From Stegostoma tigrinum (Eukaryota), in the NCBI RefSeq assembly GCF_030684315.1, contig NC_081396.1, positions 9,105,628-9,169,627 of the forward strand: 64,000 nucleotides of DNA. The letters run 5' to 3'. Numbering within the stretch: position 1 is the stretch's first letter; the number at the start of each line of letters is the position of its first letter. Below are positions 24,950 to 37,670 of the stretch, piece by piece. A model generated the notes under the pieces. The model made no database searches and was not told where the DNA came from. It saw only the letters and a program-made list of their open reading frames with translations. A program made the translations under genes and the position numbers.

Positions 24950-26900
24950 CTATTGCTGTGCCTTGGCTAAACTTACACTTCAGTAGTAATGCTGTAGGCA
25001 TTTGTAAGATTTATTTTATCAATTCACAGGATGTGGACGTCGACACCTCAGTTGGGATTTGTTGCCCATTTTAAAGTTATTGCTGTACCTCTGGAGCCAC
25101 AGATAGAACAGACTAGATGATGACAGTAGTTTACCTCCAGGAAGGACATTGCAAACTGGATTTCAACCCCTTTCTAACAAATGACAAAGGCTTCATGGTT
25201 ATCCTAGACTCATAATTCCAGATTTGTTCCTAATTTGAAATCCCAGTAACTGCCATGTTGGGGCTCTGTAATTTTCGTTTCATCTGTCTGCTGGCGTATG
25301 GAGGCATCCAAGGGGACAAGGATATGGACTACTAACTCAGTGTGGTATGCATATATTAGTTCAAATCAAATTCTTGTTACTATTGCGCTAAGTGTTTAAC
25401 TCAATGTTCTTGCAATACGGTTGCCGAGCTTTTGTAAGAGTTAGGAGATTCTTGTCGACGTATCACACTGGAGCTCGTGTACTTAGGTGAAAAACAGGAC
25501 AAGAATTGGAAACCATCACCTGAACTTTATTGCAATCTTGATTCAACTACAATAATGAAAAGGGACAAGAATTTCCATCGTTCCCTCCCATCCTTCAAGA
25601 ATTACATTCAGAGGATTTGAATCCAACACAAGAACTACCAGGAACGAGGAGGCAGAATAGGTTTATAATATGGAATATATTTATTTGCCTTTTGTTCAGA
25701 GACAAGCTGAGTGAGAAATAGAATCCCTGCAGGATAGAGGCAACAGTGTGGAAGTGGGCCATTCAGCACATCGATCCACACTGACATTGCGAGAAACATC
25801 CCAACATAGCTTATCTCAGAACTCTGCGTATCCTGTAGCCAATTTACTATCATGCATTTCATTGGACAGTGGGAGGAAGCCAGAGTACCAGGACAAAACG
25901 CATGCATTCATGGGGAGAAGATGTAAACTCCATGTAGACAGTCCCTTGGGATTTGGATCGAATCTGTATTACTGGTGCACCGAGGCAGTAGTTCTAAAAA
26001 CCATACCCCTTATCCCAGGTTTCCTTCAAATTTCTGAGAAACCAGTGTAATCAGAGATTTTGCTGATAATCGCATCTAGGACTGAACTGTATTCATTCTG
26101 ATATTCGGAATTGATTGTAAACTACAGATGCGGCAGGATTTATTATGTTGACAATCGATTTTTTGCATTTTATAACCCACCTGAAATTGGAATATCTTTC
26201 ATTAGATTGCGCTCAAGCTTTTGTAATACGTTAATAAACAACGATTCATTAATACTTTCTGCATTTTAACTCCTATCCTCAGTGCCCACAATGGGATCTG
26301 CACTACATTGCGAATTGCAAACAAAGGTTGGATAATCACTTTGTGGAACAATATAAAATTCGCCTGTAAACCGGACCAAGAGCTTCTGGTCGTTTATCAC
26401 TTTAATTTTCTGCCCCATTTCCACTCTGGCCTTGGCCTCCAGCAATGCCCAAAGGAAACTGAACGAGAGCTCAAGGAGCAGCCTTCAATTTAGCACTTTC
26501 CAAGTTTCCAGACTCAACATGGAATTCAGCAGTTTCTGTACCACAGGATAGTTGTTAGCACCTAGAACACATCATTGAAACCAAGCTAGAACTGATGCCT
26601 TATTAGATTGTGCCTACTCACCCTTCATTTCCAACTCAATGGAAATAGTTCTCATCTCACTTCCCTATCGGTCACCAATCAATGTTGAAATCTTTCATCA
26701 AACAACCGCCTAATTTTTGCATTCCTGGACATATTTCCCTGAGTGCATGGTGATGTATTTCAGCATCAGGGAAAGAGAGGCAATATTTGATTATTGGAAC
26801 AATTCTGAAAAGTATGCAGTGATCAAGCGATTTCTGTTTCATGTGCATATACCTTTTAAGGTAGTGGAATATATTTGTCATTAGTGAAGCATTTTTAGCT
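24950..26900. repeat. Local duplicated block, copy B (includes V-SINE ~25740-26000, minus)
   Basis: Colinear with 5480-7460, e.g. gagcttctggtcgttt, aaggaaactgaa and gcagccttcaatt. Confidence 0.85.
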
Positions 26901-26914
26901 TCATAAATATAGAG

Positions 26915-27288
26915 GTTGTTCACTTGCTCACTGAGCTGGCTTGTTTTTGTTCAGCTGTTTCTTCACAATGCGAGCTAACATCATCAGTGAGGACTCAAGT
27001 GAAGTGATGTTGTTCTACTCCGCTTGAAATTTATACTGTTTGCTCTGTTATGGTGAGGAGTGTCATTTCCGGTTTTGTTCTGTGTGGGTTTATATACTGG
27101 GTCCAATTCTATATCTTTGTTGATTGCATTACAGGGGAGAGCCATGCCTCTAGGAATTCCCGTGTGTCTATGTTTGGCTTGGGATACGACGGGTACAGTA
27201 TCCCAGTTGAACAGATGGCCTTCATTGTCTGAGTGCAACTTATGTGAGATTTCGAAAATATTATTCTGTTACCATGTTCAGTTTGGGG
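26915..27288 (-). mobile_element. Penelope-like retroelement 3' fragment (GIY-YIG endonuclease C-terminus + terminal repeat)
   Basis: HSDNEGHLFNWD..VSQAKHRH / REFLEAW / NAINKDIELDPVYKP across a frameshift, then the hammerhead-like cactgatgatgtta...gaaac. Confidence 0.8.
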
Positions 27289-27940
27289 AGTCATAGACAG
27301 AGAGTCATACAGCCCAAACAGTCCATGCTGAGCATAATCGCAAACTAAACGAGTTCCTCCTGCCTGCTCGTGGCCCACATCTCTCCAAACTATTTCTATT
27401 CATGTATCTATCCAAATGTCTTTTAAACGTTGTAATTGTACCAGCATCTACGATTTCCTCAGGAAGTTCATTCCATACGTGAACAAATTTCTGTGTAAAA
27501 AAAATGCCTTTCATGCCTTTTTAAATTCTCTATCCTCTCACCTTAAGAATGGTCCCCTAGCCTTGAAATCCCCTATTTGGGGGAAAAGACATTACCATTA
27601 ATTCTGTTGATACCTCTCCTTGTTTTATATACTTCTATCAGGTCACCTCTCAACCTCAATTCGCTCCAGTGAAAAAAAACAGTCCCAGCCTATCCAGCCT
27701 TTCTTTATTACTTAAACCTTCTATATGTGGTAACATCCTGGTAAATCTCTTCTGAACTCTCTCTCGCTTGATAATATCGTTCCTATAACTGGGTGACTCG
27801 AATTGGACACAGTATTCTAGAAGAAGCCTTACTAATGCCCTGTACAACCTGAAGATGACTTCCCAACTCCTACACTCAAAGGACTGAGCAATAAAGGCAG
27901 GTACGACCAAGCGCCCTTTTAATCATCCTGTTTACATATT
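27289..27940 (-). mobile_element. CR1 3' fragment
   Basis: LYRALVRLLLEYCVQF..ERVQKRFTRML and FFTQKFVHVWNELP..FKRHLDRYM. Confidence 0.9.
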
Positions 27941-28075
27941 CCAGAACAGAGAGAACTGGAGGTTCATACACATAATTCATTGAAATTTGCGTCGCAGGTA
28001 GCCAATGTTGTTGAGAAGGCATTTCACACGTTTGCCTTTATTGCTCAAACCTTTTATTTTGGGAGTTGGGGATGT

Positions 28076-29340
28076 CATCTATTCAATCTTGTTGACTGGA
28101 TGAGCTACCAGTGTGTCCACCCACTTTAAAATTTGAATGTGTTGCATTTGAACTTGAAAACTGTATTCCTTCGAAACATTTTTCAAAATAAGTGAATAAA
28201 ATTGGAAAAAAGACGTGCAGTTCATGTTTTCTTCAGCGAACTTTAACCGAATGCATTTTCTCACAGACGATTTGTTGCTCACCATGTGGAGCAAGGCCTA
28301 AAGTCCTGGATGTCTATTGTTCCACCTTAGCTCACGTTATTCTGCAGTAGCAATGCCGGACCCTGCGTTCATTTGTTGGATTTCTTTTTCATTCCAGGTT
28401 TTAGGTACCACTGGCTGGCTCAGTTGTTGTTGCCCTTTTTAGAGTCATTGTTGTGGATCTGGAGTCACATGTAGAACGTGCACAACAGGCCAGGTAAAGA
28501 CAGCACTTTACTTCTCTAAAGGGCAATATTGAACCGATTTCTTACTCGAACAGATGTTTAATTGTCATCTGAAATTTTTAATTTGAGATGTGTTATTAAA
28601 GTGAAAACCCATGAACTGCCATGGTGGGACGTAACTAGGAACCCCAGGACATCACCTGAGTGTCTGTAAATCGCAAAATCTCTTCTGAATGCTTTTTCCC
28701 TTGTCTGGTGCAACGAGGTGCCTGAGAGACTGAAGTGATAAACTTCCAATCTACTGTTATGCATGGATTGGTTCAAAATGCACTCACATTGCTATTTCAG
28801 TGAGTGCATAACTCAATGTTCTTGTGGTCTGCTTACCTGGCTTTTGTAAAAGCTGGAAGCTTTTCTTATCAACTTATCAAGGGCGGGATTTTCTGCATTG
28901 TCTGGCCTAAACTTTATTAGAATGTGGATTCAATTGTAATAATGAAAAGGGACAAGAATTTCCCTCCTTTCCTTCCTTCTGTCGTTACGTTCTGTGAATT
29001 TGAATCCAATGCAAGACAAGTAAGAATGAAAAGGAATGAGAGAGCAGAATCACTAGATTATTGTGTGAAATATATCTATTTGTAATTTTTTCATACACTG
29101 GATGAGTGAGAAATAGAATCCCTACAGTTTGGAAACAGGTCGTTCAGTCCATCGAGTCCACACTGACCTTCTCAAGAGCTTTCCAACCAGACACACCCCG
29201 CTACTCTATCCCTGTAACCGTGCATTTTCCATGGCTAATCTACCTAACCTGCACATCTTTGTACTGGGGGAGGAAGTTTGAGTACCCAGAGGAAAACCAC
29301 GCAGAAACGGAGAATGTGAAAAGTCCACACAGTCAACCGG
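28076..29340. repeat. Local duplicated block, copy C (includes V-SINE ~29112-29340, minus)
   Basis: Colinear with 5150-6560, e.g. gactggatgagct, tgcagttcatg and aaagctggaagctt. Confidence 0.85.
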
Positions 29341-29639
29341 TCATAGAATTGATTGCAGGTCCCTATCCTTTGAGTTATGTGCAGCCCAAATGATGGATTA
29401 AAAGCCCATTAGAATTTCCTGACATAGATCTAAGCTCTGTTCATTGTAATGCTCTTCATGACAGTGCCTCCAGAGATTATTATTGGTGATGGGGAATAAG
29501 TAATGTGCCGTTTTTATTATTTTGGTTGAGTGGTCAGAATTCTGGAAATTTGCTTTTCAAAATGGAGCAGAAACTGAGGCAGTTTAGAGATATTTCATTT
29601 CCTTTCAGTGTGTTTCTCTTCCACACACTGTCAGTTTTG

Positions 29640-30400
29640 GTGATTTGATTTGATTTCTCAATGTCACATGCACATAAGTAAGTGGGAAGCTTTGTTTTGC
29701 ATGCAGTACAGGTTGATCATAGTACACGAGGATCACAGGGTGATTGAAAAGAGCTCGGAATACAAAGTTAATGCTGATAATTAGGTGCACACAAAGCAGG
29801 GTCATCATTTCTGAAGAAGGGGCAAGACCTGAAACATCAGCTTTCGTGCTCCTCTGATGCTGCTTGGCCCACTGTATTGAACCAGCTCTATGCTTTGTTA
29901 TGTCAGGGTCATCATGAGATTTTAAATTTGAGAGCTCCATTCATTAGTCTAATAATAGTAGGGAAGAAGCTGTTCTTGAATCTGTTGGTACCTGTGTTTA
30001 AGCTCTTCATATTCTAGCTGACAGAAAAGGTCGGAAGAGATTATAGCTGGGTGGGAACGGCTTTTCATGATGTTGACATCCTTTCAATGCCATCATGAAG
30101 CGTAGGTGGAATCAGTGGATGGAAGATTGGCTTGTGTGATGATCTGGCCTGTGTCCATAACTATTCTGGGCAGAGCAGTTGCTGTGTGAAGCCATAATGC
30201 ATCCAGATAGAAAGCTTTTTACGGTGCACCTGTAAACGTTGGCAAGAGTCTTTACGGGCGTGCAGAATTTCTTTAGCCTCCTGAGGAAGAAGGGGTGTTG
30301 TGATGCCTTCTTGACCATCACACCTATGTTGGTGGTCCAGGACAGATCTGATCAGGACAGATGCTCTGGGACCATCTCCACCTCAGCTGCATTAATGTAG
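29640..30400 (-). mobile_element. Rex1/Babar-type LINE 3' fragment
   Basis: VKKASQHPFFLRRLKKF..TLANVYRCTVKSFLSGCI..NCSAQ, with an (aatca)n-like tail. Confidence 0.8.
29809..29903 (+). mobile_element. 95-bp Penelope-derived insertion with a 12-bp target-site duplication and hammerhead-like core
   Basis: cagggtcatcat at 29797-29808 and 29904-29915; core CTGAAGA-AGG..CCT-GAAA-CATC; the paralog at ~57583 is empty. Confidence 0.8.
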
Positions 30401-31134
30401 ATGGGGGCTTCTGTGCTCATGTGTTAATACATTTCAGTTTCACATTCTTGCATTTCAGTCATTTCCAATTGGCCTGAGGCAACAGCCATTTCGAGTAAAA
30501 CGCAATTTTCCATTTACAAAGACACACCAGTCTGATTTCAATTCATAATGAATTCCTGTTCTTTGTGACTATTATTGGAGCAGAAACGGAAACTCATCCT
30601 CTAGCTGGAAATTACACTGGGACATTGTGGTGAAAGCCTTTTGCTCTAAACACGAGACCATCAAATAAATTAAAATTTACTGAATGAAGCTACTTTGGAA
30701 CTGTGGACAAACCTACTCTTGCTGCAAGCTGTCACTTACTGTCCCCTTTGTTCTCTTCACAGTGTGAGTCCTGGCTTTAGAAAAGTCATAAAATGCAAGG
30801 AATATTCAGCAGAAATGCATGGAGAGTAAAATAGAGTCAACGTGTTAGCTCGATGATACGTGTCATCCACCTGAGATACAACAGGTGATGAAGGATATTT
30901 GATTGGGCAAATAATCAGAATTGATTCAGTTTTGATCCAGGGAGAAGAAATAATTTGTGGGATTTTTGGAGGAAGTGCTTAGGAAAAAAAACAATGGGCC
31001 TAAAATTAGTTCCTGTAAAGCTGTCTGAATGTAGGCTGTGAAGTAAAATTAGCAAACACAAAAACTGAGAGGCTTATTTGAGCTGTCAGTTTGAAGATTG
31101 ACAGAATCAACCCAGGCCAACAAAGTGAGGATCC

Positions 31135-31280
31135 AGGGTTCTGAGAAATGGTCACTGGACCCGAAACATTAACTCTGATTTTTTTCTTCACAGATGCTGC
31201 CAGACCTGCTGAGCTTTTCCAACAACTTCTATTTTTGTTCCTGATTTACAACATCCACGGTCCTTTCGGTTTTTTATTCA
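31135..31280 (+). mobile_element. Penelope-derived element arm with degraded hammerhead-like core
   Basis: ctgagaaatggtcactggacccgaaacattaactctg...cagatgctgccagacctgctgagcttttcc; paralog at ~58850-58985. Confidence 0.7.
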
Positions 31281-33149
31281 GGATACAGAGTTGATTTTGT
31301 TTTATAAAATTTAAGAAAATATTTGTGGGGAGTATTCCAGGTCCATGAGATTATATTTTGGGTAGGTTTCGTGTACTGGAACTCCCTGTCGAGAGCTGAC
31401 CATCATCTTGTTTTGGAATCGTCTACAAATCGAATGGTACCCATCATAACTGCAAAAAGGATGAGACCATCAGTAATATTAAAAACAAAGTCAGCAGATT
31501 CGAAAGAAGGAAATTCCAAAGAGGAAAACTGGGATATAAAAAGATTTGAGAAGCGAATAATAGTACACTGGGATTGAGTATCTGAAAAGGATATTGTTGG
31601 AGAGTAAGTCGAATTGTTGTTTTACTGCTTTTATTACCATCTTTATTTAATGTCTTTTATAAAATTTATGTTGGTGCCTTTTGTCTCTTGAAGTCCGACA
31701 AACTTGAACAATTTCTTTCCAGCAATTCAACCTCGACTACTCTTGTTATTTAGAACTTGTATCTGACCTCCTCTGAAACGTTTCTTCCTTCAGTAAAACA
31801 ATCCCAGAATCTTCAAAATCACTTTGAAACCTAAATCACTTGTCACTCCGATCATTTTGGTAAACCGTTTCTACACACGACCTATTGCTTTCACATCTGT
31901 CTGAAGCGGTGTTAAAGGAAATTTAATCATCCAAGAAATCTTACATATCTTTTACGGTCCAAAAAAAAGCATTCATATTTAAAGTTCAGGATCTGTTGTT
32001 CTGTCCTGACACCTTCATGTAATTTTATACACATGGTTTCAAATGGTTTCACTGTGCCGTCAGTGTTATTGGGAGTTCAGCTCCCCGCTGCACCAGTCTG
32101 CTGCATTCAAAATATTCCTTTCTTCATATTCGTCTTTCTAATCCTAGTTTCACAACAATGCTATTCCAGGCAAGCAAGGATTGAACAGATAGAGACACAT
32201 GAACAGACAAGATGCCAGATTCCACCAGGAGTGATAAAGAAGGATGCTTGGCAACCCAGTGAGAGGCTGAGCTGGCGATGTTTATTATTTATGGACTGTT
32301 GGTTAAAACGTTTAACGAATGAACATGAGATGCTCACATGTTAGCCCAGCCTTCCTTTCCATGACCAGGTTTGTTTAGGCCAGTGACACAGAACAGGCTC
32401 TGGGCATATCTCAGGAAAGGATATATAAATGACTGTTTGAAATGTTTCGTTCACATAACAAAGTTTACCACAAGCCTTGAGGTACTGAACATAGCATATT
32501 CCACAAGACGTCTTTATATGACGGGGTAAACGTGTGCAGTATATGGAGGATATGACTTCAATTTTGACCAAGACCAGTTTTGATTGAAATGGGTCACTGA
32601 CTGTTGGAGCATCAGCTGTAATACAAGATAACAATCTTGAAAAATAAGGACATTAGTTTGATGGATCAATTTCCACGGGAATGTCACAAGGATCCTGCAC
32701 TCATTAAATTCTGATATTGCATGGAGAGCAATTGTTCTATTACTTTCAATATAGATTGTTCGGAATTCAACCATTTTTTGATGAAAATGATTGGAGGTCT
32801 CCTGACCCTTGGAATACACGGCAGGCGACAAAGAGATCTCAAGGTGTGCGTACAAAGAAATAAAAACATAGGTGTCACAAGAAACAAGATGATGCACGAA
32901 GTTTAATTCTCAAGGTATTGGCGTGAAAAACTGCGATTTCATTACTCTTACACTGGACAGTAGTAGAATACATTGCTACTGCTTGGCTTTCCATATTGAC
33001 ACTCATGCTTTACTTTTGCAATCACATTTATATCTTGCAGAAAGCTGTTTGTAACTGTCAAACCCTTTTAACCATCTTGCATTAGCTAAAAAAATCAAAT
33101 GCCAGAGTGGGTATATTTTTAACTCTGTCATGGGCTGCAACGACAGCAA

Positions 33150-33360
33150 CCAAAATAGAATTTGTTGGAAAAGCTCAGCAGGTCTGGCAGCATCTGTGTA
33201 GAGATATTGAAGTTAACGTTTTGGTTCGAGTGACCCTTCCTCAGAACTCATTTTCATCGACTTTATGCTCTGAGGAAGAGTCACTCGACCCAACAAATTA
33301 ACTCTGATTTCCCTCCACCTAATGCTGTCAAATCTTCAGCAATTCCTTTTATTTTTTGCT
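33150..33360. mobile_element. Penelope-derived ~200-bp palindromic element
   Basis: Inverted arms gagtgacccttcctcaga...tctgaggaagagtcactc; paralog at ~60885-61090. Confidence 0.75.
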
Positions 33361-34039
33361 TCAATATTTGGGAGATACGTCGAGTTGTGGAGAGACTGGA
33401 AGTGATAGTGTTGATATCAGATAGCCTGACAGGTATGAGAGCAGGGTCCTCCTTGTCATAAACAGCTTCGCAATCCATTTTGGATGAAATGGCCTGATTC
33501 TGCCGTTACGTCCGATATTATTCTAGATAATGTGCCAGATGACCCCGAATCCGAAGCACATTAGGGAGGAGAACTGACCTTTTGTTTGCAAGATAATTTT
33601 CTAAATTTCCTTCGGAAACATCTCCACTTCTTCTGGTTTATTATTTCGTTCACACTGTTGTTTTGGAGATGTGGGTGTATGCCCAATGAAGCAAAGAGGA
33701 TTTCTGTTGTCCGGTACAATGAGCCCAATGAAGTAACCCAGATACTGCCCACACGCACACGTTACATATCTGTATTTTGGCTTTCACCACTTGGTAACAG
33801 AGAATTTGGACTTCGTTTCTCACAGAATAGAGATTAAAGTAAATACCCGCATATTTTCCGAGAGTGGCACTCAATCTGCTCTATTTTTGATTCATTCATT
33901 TGAGCTACAACGTCTGTAGTCCTGCTACGCTTGCTATCTTTACACCAAATTTCTGCTCACCCAAAATGCAACCAAATACACAGAATTGGATACATACTTC
34001 TCGGTTCCTGACCCAAACTGTTGATAAATTTCATAACAG

Positions 34040-34300
34040 ACTATGTCCACTCGAGTTTCAAGAACAGCTTCTTCCCTGCAGTTATTAAGCTGATGAGTGG
34101 ACGCTTGAACTTCAATTAAGGCTAACATTGTCTAGTGCACGTTCTGAGTGGTGTAACCAAAATGCCTTACTTTATCCGAGTTTTCTTCATCCTATGATCT
34201 AAACGTCATTGTTTCCTACCATCTGTCTGTTCTGCTCACAAACAAAGCTTTTCACATTGCTTAGGGACACGTGACAATAAAACAAATCACGTCAAATCAG
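34040..34300 (+). mobile_element. Rex1/Babar 3' end
   Basis: FKNSFFPAVIKLM plus a 3' UTR; paralog at ~61785-62030. Confidence 0.65.
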
Positions 34301-34384
34301 GATAGCACAGTATAAGGGAATTTAACGCGTTTGTTGCGCTATCATTAGTGCATTTTAAACAGTTATGTAATCATAGTCGTACAG

Positions 34385-35370
34385 TCATAGTCGCAGACTC
34401 ATCCAAAAGTGAAACAGGCCCTTTCTGGTCATGCAGACTATAACCCCAAACTGAATTAGTCCCACCTGCCCTCGCTTTGTCCGTATCCTTCCAAACATTT
34501 CTTACCCTTACACTTCGCTAAATGTCTTTTTGACCGTTGTTAGTGCACTGCATCCACCACTTCTGAAGTTCATTCCAAGCGCAAACCACTCTCTGTGTTA
34601 ACAAAAAGCCCCTCGTGTCTTTTCTAAATCTTTCTCCTCTCACTGTAAAGACAAACCTCCTTGCCTTGAATTACCCACCCGAGGGAACAGACTCTGCCAT
34701 TCACCTTATATATATCCCTAGTGATATCATAAACCTTTGAAAGTTGACCCCCTCAACCTATGCTCCAGTAAAAAAAAGGGTCCGAGCCTATACAGCCTCT
34801 CCTTAAAACACCAAACGTCCCTTCTCGAGAACATCCTGGCAAATCTCTTCAGAACCTATCCAGCTTAACAAAATCCTCCCTATAACAGAGAGACCAGAAA
34901 TGGACACAGTACTCCAGAAGAGGCCTTACGAGCGACCTCTAAAAACTGAACATGATGTCCCAATTCTTATAACTAAACGTCTGAGCGAGGAAGGCAAACA
35001 TGCTAAATGCCTTCTCAGCCACACTACCTAAATCTGAAGCAAAGTTTAAAAGATTGCATATTTGAGCCCCCGGGACTCTATATTCTGTGTCCAAAGCCCT
35101 ACTTTTGATTGTGATGTGGAGATACTGGTTTTGAACTGGTTTGGAAAAATTCAGAAGTCACACGACAACAGGTTATAGACGAACAGATTTATTTAATGTC
35201 ACCCAATGAAAGAGCAGAGGCTTGAAAACTGGTGATTTCAAAGAAACCTGTTGGACTCTCATCTGGCGTCGCACGATTTATGGCAACTTTTAATTATGTT
35301 GGCCTTGCCTCTCTTTTATCAAAATGCAATACGGCTCATTGATCCAAATTAAACTCTATCTGCCACTCTT
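34385..35370 (-). mobile_element. CR1 3' fragment, with a Penelope-derived palindrome inserted at ~35115-35290
   Basis: Reverse LLEYCV.F / RFARM motifs; paralog at 62105-63110. Confidence 0.8.
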
Positions 35371-36139
35371 CAGCCCATTTCATGAAGTTGACGGGCCTGG
35401 TATAAACTAATATCCAACAGAAATGTATTTCCATTTTGTGCGTTCCGCCCTTCAGAAAGCAGACTGACGAATTATGGTAAAGTTACTAACTATCATATCA
35501 GGAAATCAGCTGAACAGGAACTGCTTGTCGACTTCTTGGCGTAAGGGAAATCTGTAACAGAGTTTTGATCAGGAAAAATCGTGTTACCGCTGCTTACATC
35601 AATTTCATCACTTGAAAGAAGAGAGGAAACATCAACGTTGAAAAGCTACTAAGTTCAGAAGCTACTGATAATGGATTAACAGGCAAAGCTGAACTCCTTC
35701 TCAGGACCAAGCAATACCTGGAAACGAACAATATCTCCGTTAAAATCAATGATTAATTACAGGATTTAATGCCTTCTCTCTATTAGACTTAAAACATTTA
35801 CAGACGATTATCTAGAAAACATCATCGAGTCAGCTTAGAAATAATAATTTTCCATATGCCTAGAACAAGATAAGAACCGCTTGCATCCATGGATGTTACA
35901 ATTCATTGAAATTTATTTAAGATTCTTTATCAATCATACACCTTAACCTTTCATTACTACAGCATTTTGGACAGTGTGGGATTGGATTCTGTCTTTGCTC
36001 ATCAACGTGATCATTGCCTGAGGTGCTCGTCCAGTCTGCACGTTAACAAATTGATTCATACAAAACTGAAGAGAGACAGAACCAATCATGATCTAGTGAT
36101 GTGTTTACAATGAGGTGATTTTCCTTTCTAAACATGTGC

Positions 36140-36465
36140 AAGTGGCACATAACAGCAGGGACCTGGGTTCGATGCCATCCTTGGACAGAGCGGAGTTTGT
36201 ACATTGTCCCCGTGTCTGCATGGGATTCCTCTGGGTGCTCCGGTTTCCTCCCACCATGTGAAGATATGCAGGTCAGGTGGAATGGCCATGTTATGTTGCC
36301 CAATATTGTCCAGGCATGTGTAGCCTATGTGGATGAGTCATGGTAAATAGGGGCTTGCGGGGACAGGGTGAGGGGCTGATTTCGTGGGATACGCTTCGTA
36401 GAATCAGTTCAGACTTATTGGGCTGATTGGCCTCTTTTCACATTATCGGATGTGTATGATTCTAA
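36140..36465 (+). mobile_element. V-SINE (HE1-like)
   Basis: B box gggttcgatgcc plus V domain ccccgtgtctgcatggg...gggtgctccggtttcctcccacc. Confidence 0.85.
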
Positions 36466-37389
36466 AGGCTCTGACCTCGAAATGTTTGTTAAGCGTATGC
36501 AGGAGAGTATCCCATATCTCACATTCCTTCAGATCTTATTCATTACTTCTGTAAGTAAAGCCTGAGACGAATTCACTGTAACATTTGTGCCAAGTGAGAC
36601 AAGGAACCATTGTGTCCTGCCCAGGAGGAACGTACTTTCAACTTCTTCATGTCAGGTTCAGACTTAATGACGTTGGGAGGAGAAAGTGTGGATTTTCTGA
36701 GGAACACGCAGAATCATGAAATGCTGGGAACTGCCAACAGTCCATAAGCGACAGAATAGCAATGGAATTGCAGGCCATAATATGGAATTATGCCAAGATT
36801 CAAAAAAATGCTGATGCAATGGACTTCAGAAATTAATTGCTAACTGTTGCTGATTTAGGGAGAAAAATAACTGGAAACATTTCTGTGGAAGAATTTGAAA
36901 TTTAAATTTTGGTAAGCGGTATTAATAAAGTGTGTAATTTTAAAATGTGGTAAGAACAACTGGGGCATTGGTAACATAAGTATTTGAAAGTAGCAACATG
37001 CATTGAGAAAATTACTGAAAACCCTGTGGGATAATTCCGCTCGAGGCAGTGGGTGGAGCTTCCAGCCTTGTGCTGAATATGGTAAACATTGACAAATAAT
37101 TTACTTTGTGCTTAATTGTTTTTATGGAACACATACAGAATGATCGATTGCCCATTTACAGCAGAAACGACTAGAAATGTTTACAAATAAAGATTTATTG
37201 ATGCTGGGAATTAACAGCAGCAAACGAATGCTGTTACAATTAAGACTGAAACAAAAAGACCGCGGAATTGCTGCTGGAAACAGCGATGAGATCGTGCCTC
37301 TAACCCATGCGTGCAAAGCATAATAGATTAGGAATCCATCGCCTTAGGTTCTCGGCCACCTCTTCAAACGCAGAGTACCTTACTGGTTG

Positions 37390-37670
37390 GCCTCAGAGCG
37401 CTAGAGACATGGTTCGATTCCACCATCGCCGATTATCTGTGTGGAGTTTGCATGTTCTCCCCGTGTCTGAGTGGGTTTCTGCTGGGTGCTTCGGATTCCT
37501 CCCACAGTCGAAAGACGCACATGCTCGGTGGATAGGCAATGCTAAATTGCCTGTAGTGTTCAGCGACGTGTAGAGCATGTGAGTTGGAGGGTGACGGGTC
37601 TGCGTGAGATGGTCTAAGGGTCAGTATGGAGTTGTTGGACTGGTGGGCCTGTTTCCACACTGCAGGGATA
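37390..37670 (+). mobile_element. V-SINE (HE1-like)
   Basis: ggttcgattcc plus tgtgtggagtttgcatgttctccccgtgtctgagtgggttt, and a CR1-type tail gggcctgtttccacactg. Confidence 0.85.

Larger units (their letters stand above)
29590..36078. repeat. Segmental duplication copy 1 (paralog at ~57375-64000+)
   Basis: Continuous colinearity, including shared TE insertions. The end anchor gttaacaaattgattca.a.caaaactgaagagagaca is present in both copies. Confidence 0.95.

Noticed and set aside
30758-30796. CACAGTG followed after 23 bp by ataaaatgc, preceded by gctgtcacttactgt
   Set aside because: Poor nonamer, no upstream V-domain frame, and the heptamer is not conserved in the paralog at ~58470.
31323-31590. 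Hydrophobic TM1-like text after a minus-strand acceptor conserved in both duplicates
   Set aside because: Frames differ between the copies, both contain stops, and no downstream 7TM motifs follow.
32033-32344. ORF open in both duplicated copies (also 59759-60007), suggesting a conserved small protein
   Set aside because: Differences between the copies fall about equally on codon positions 1, 2 and 3 (hand count), which is a neutral pattern. No recognisable domain.
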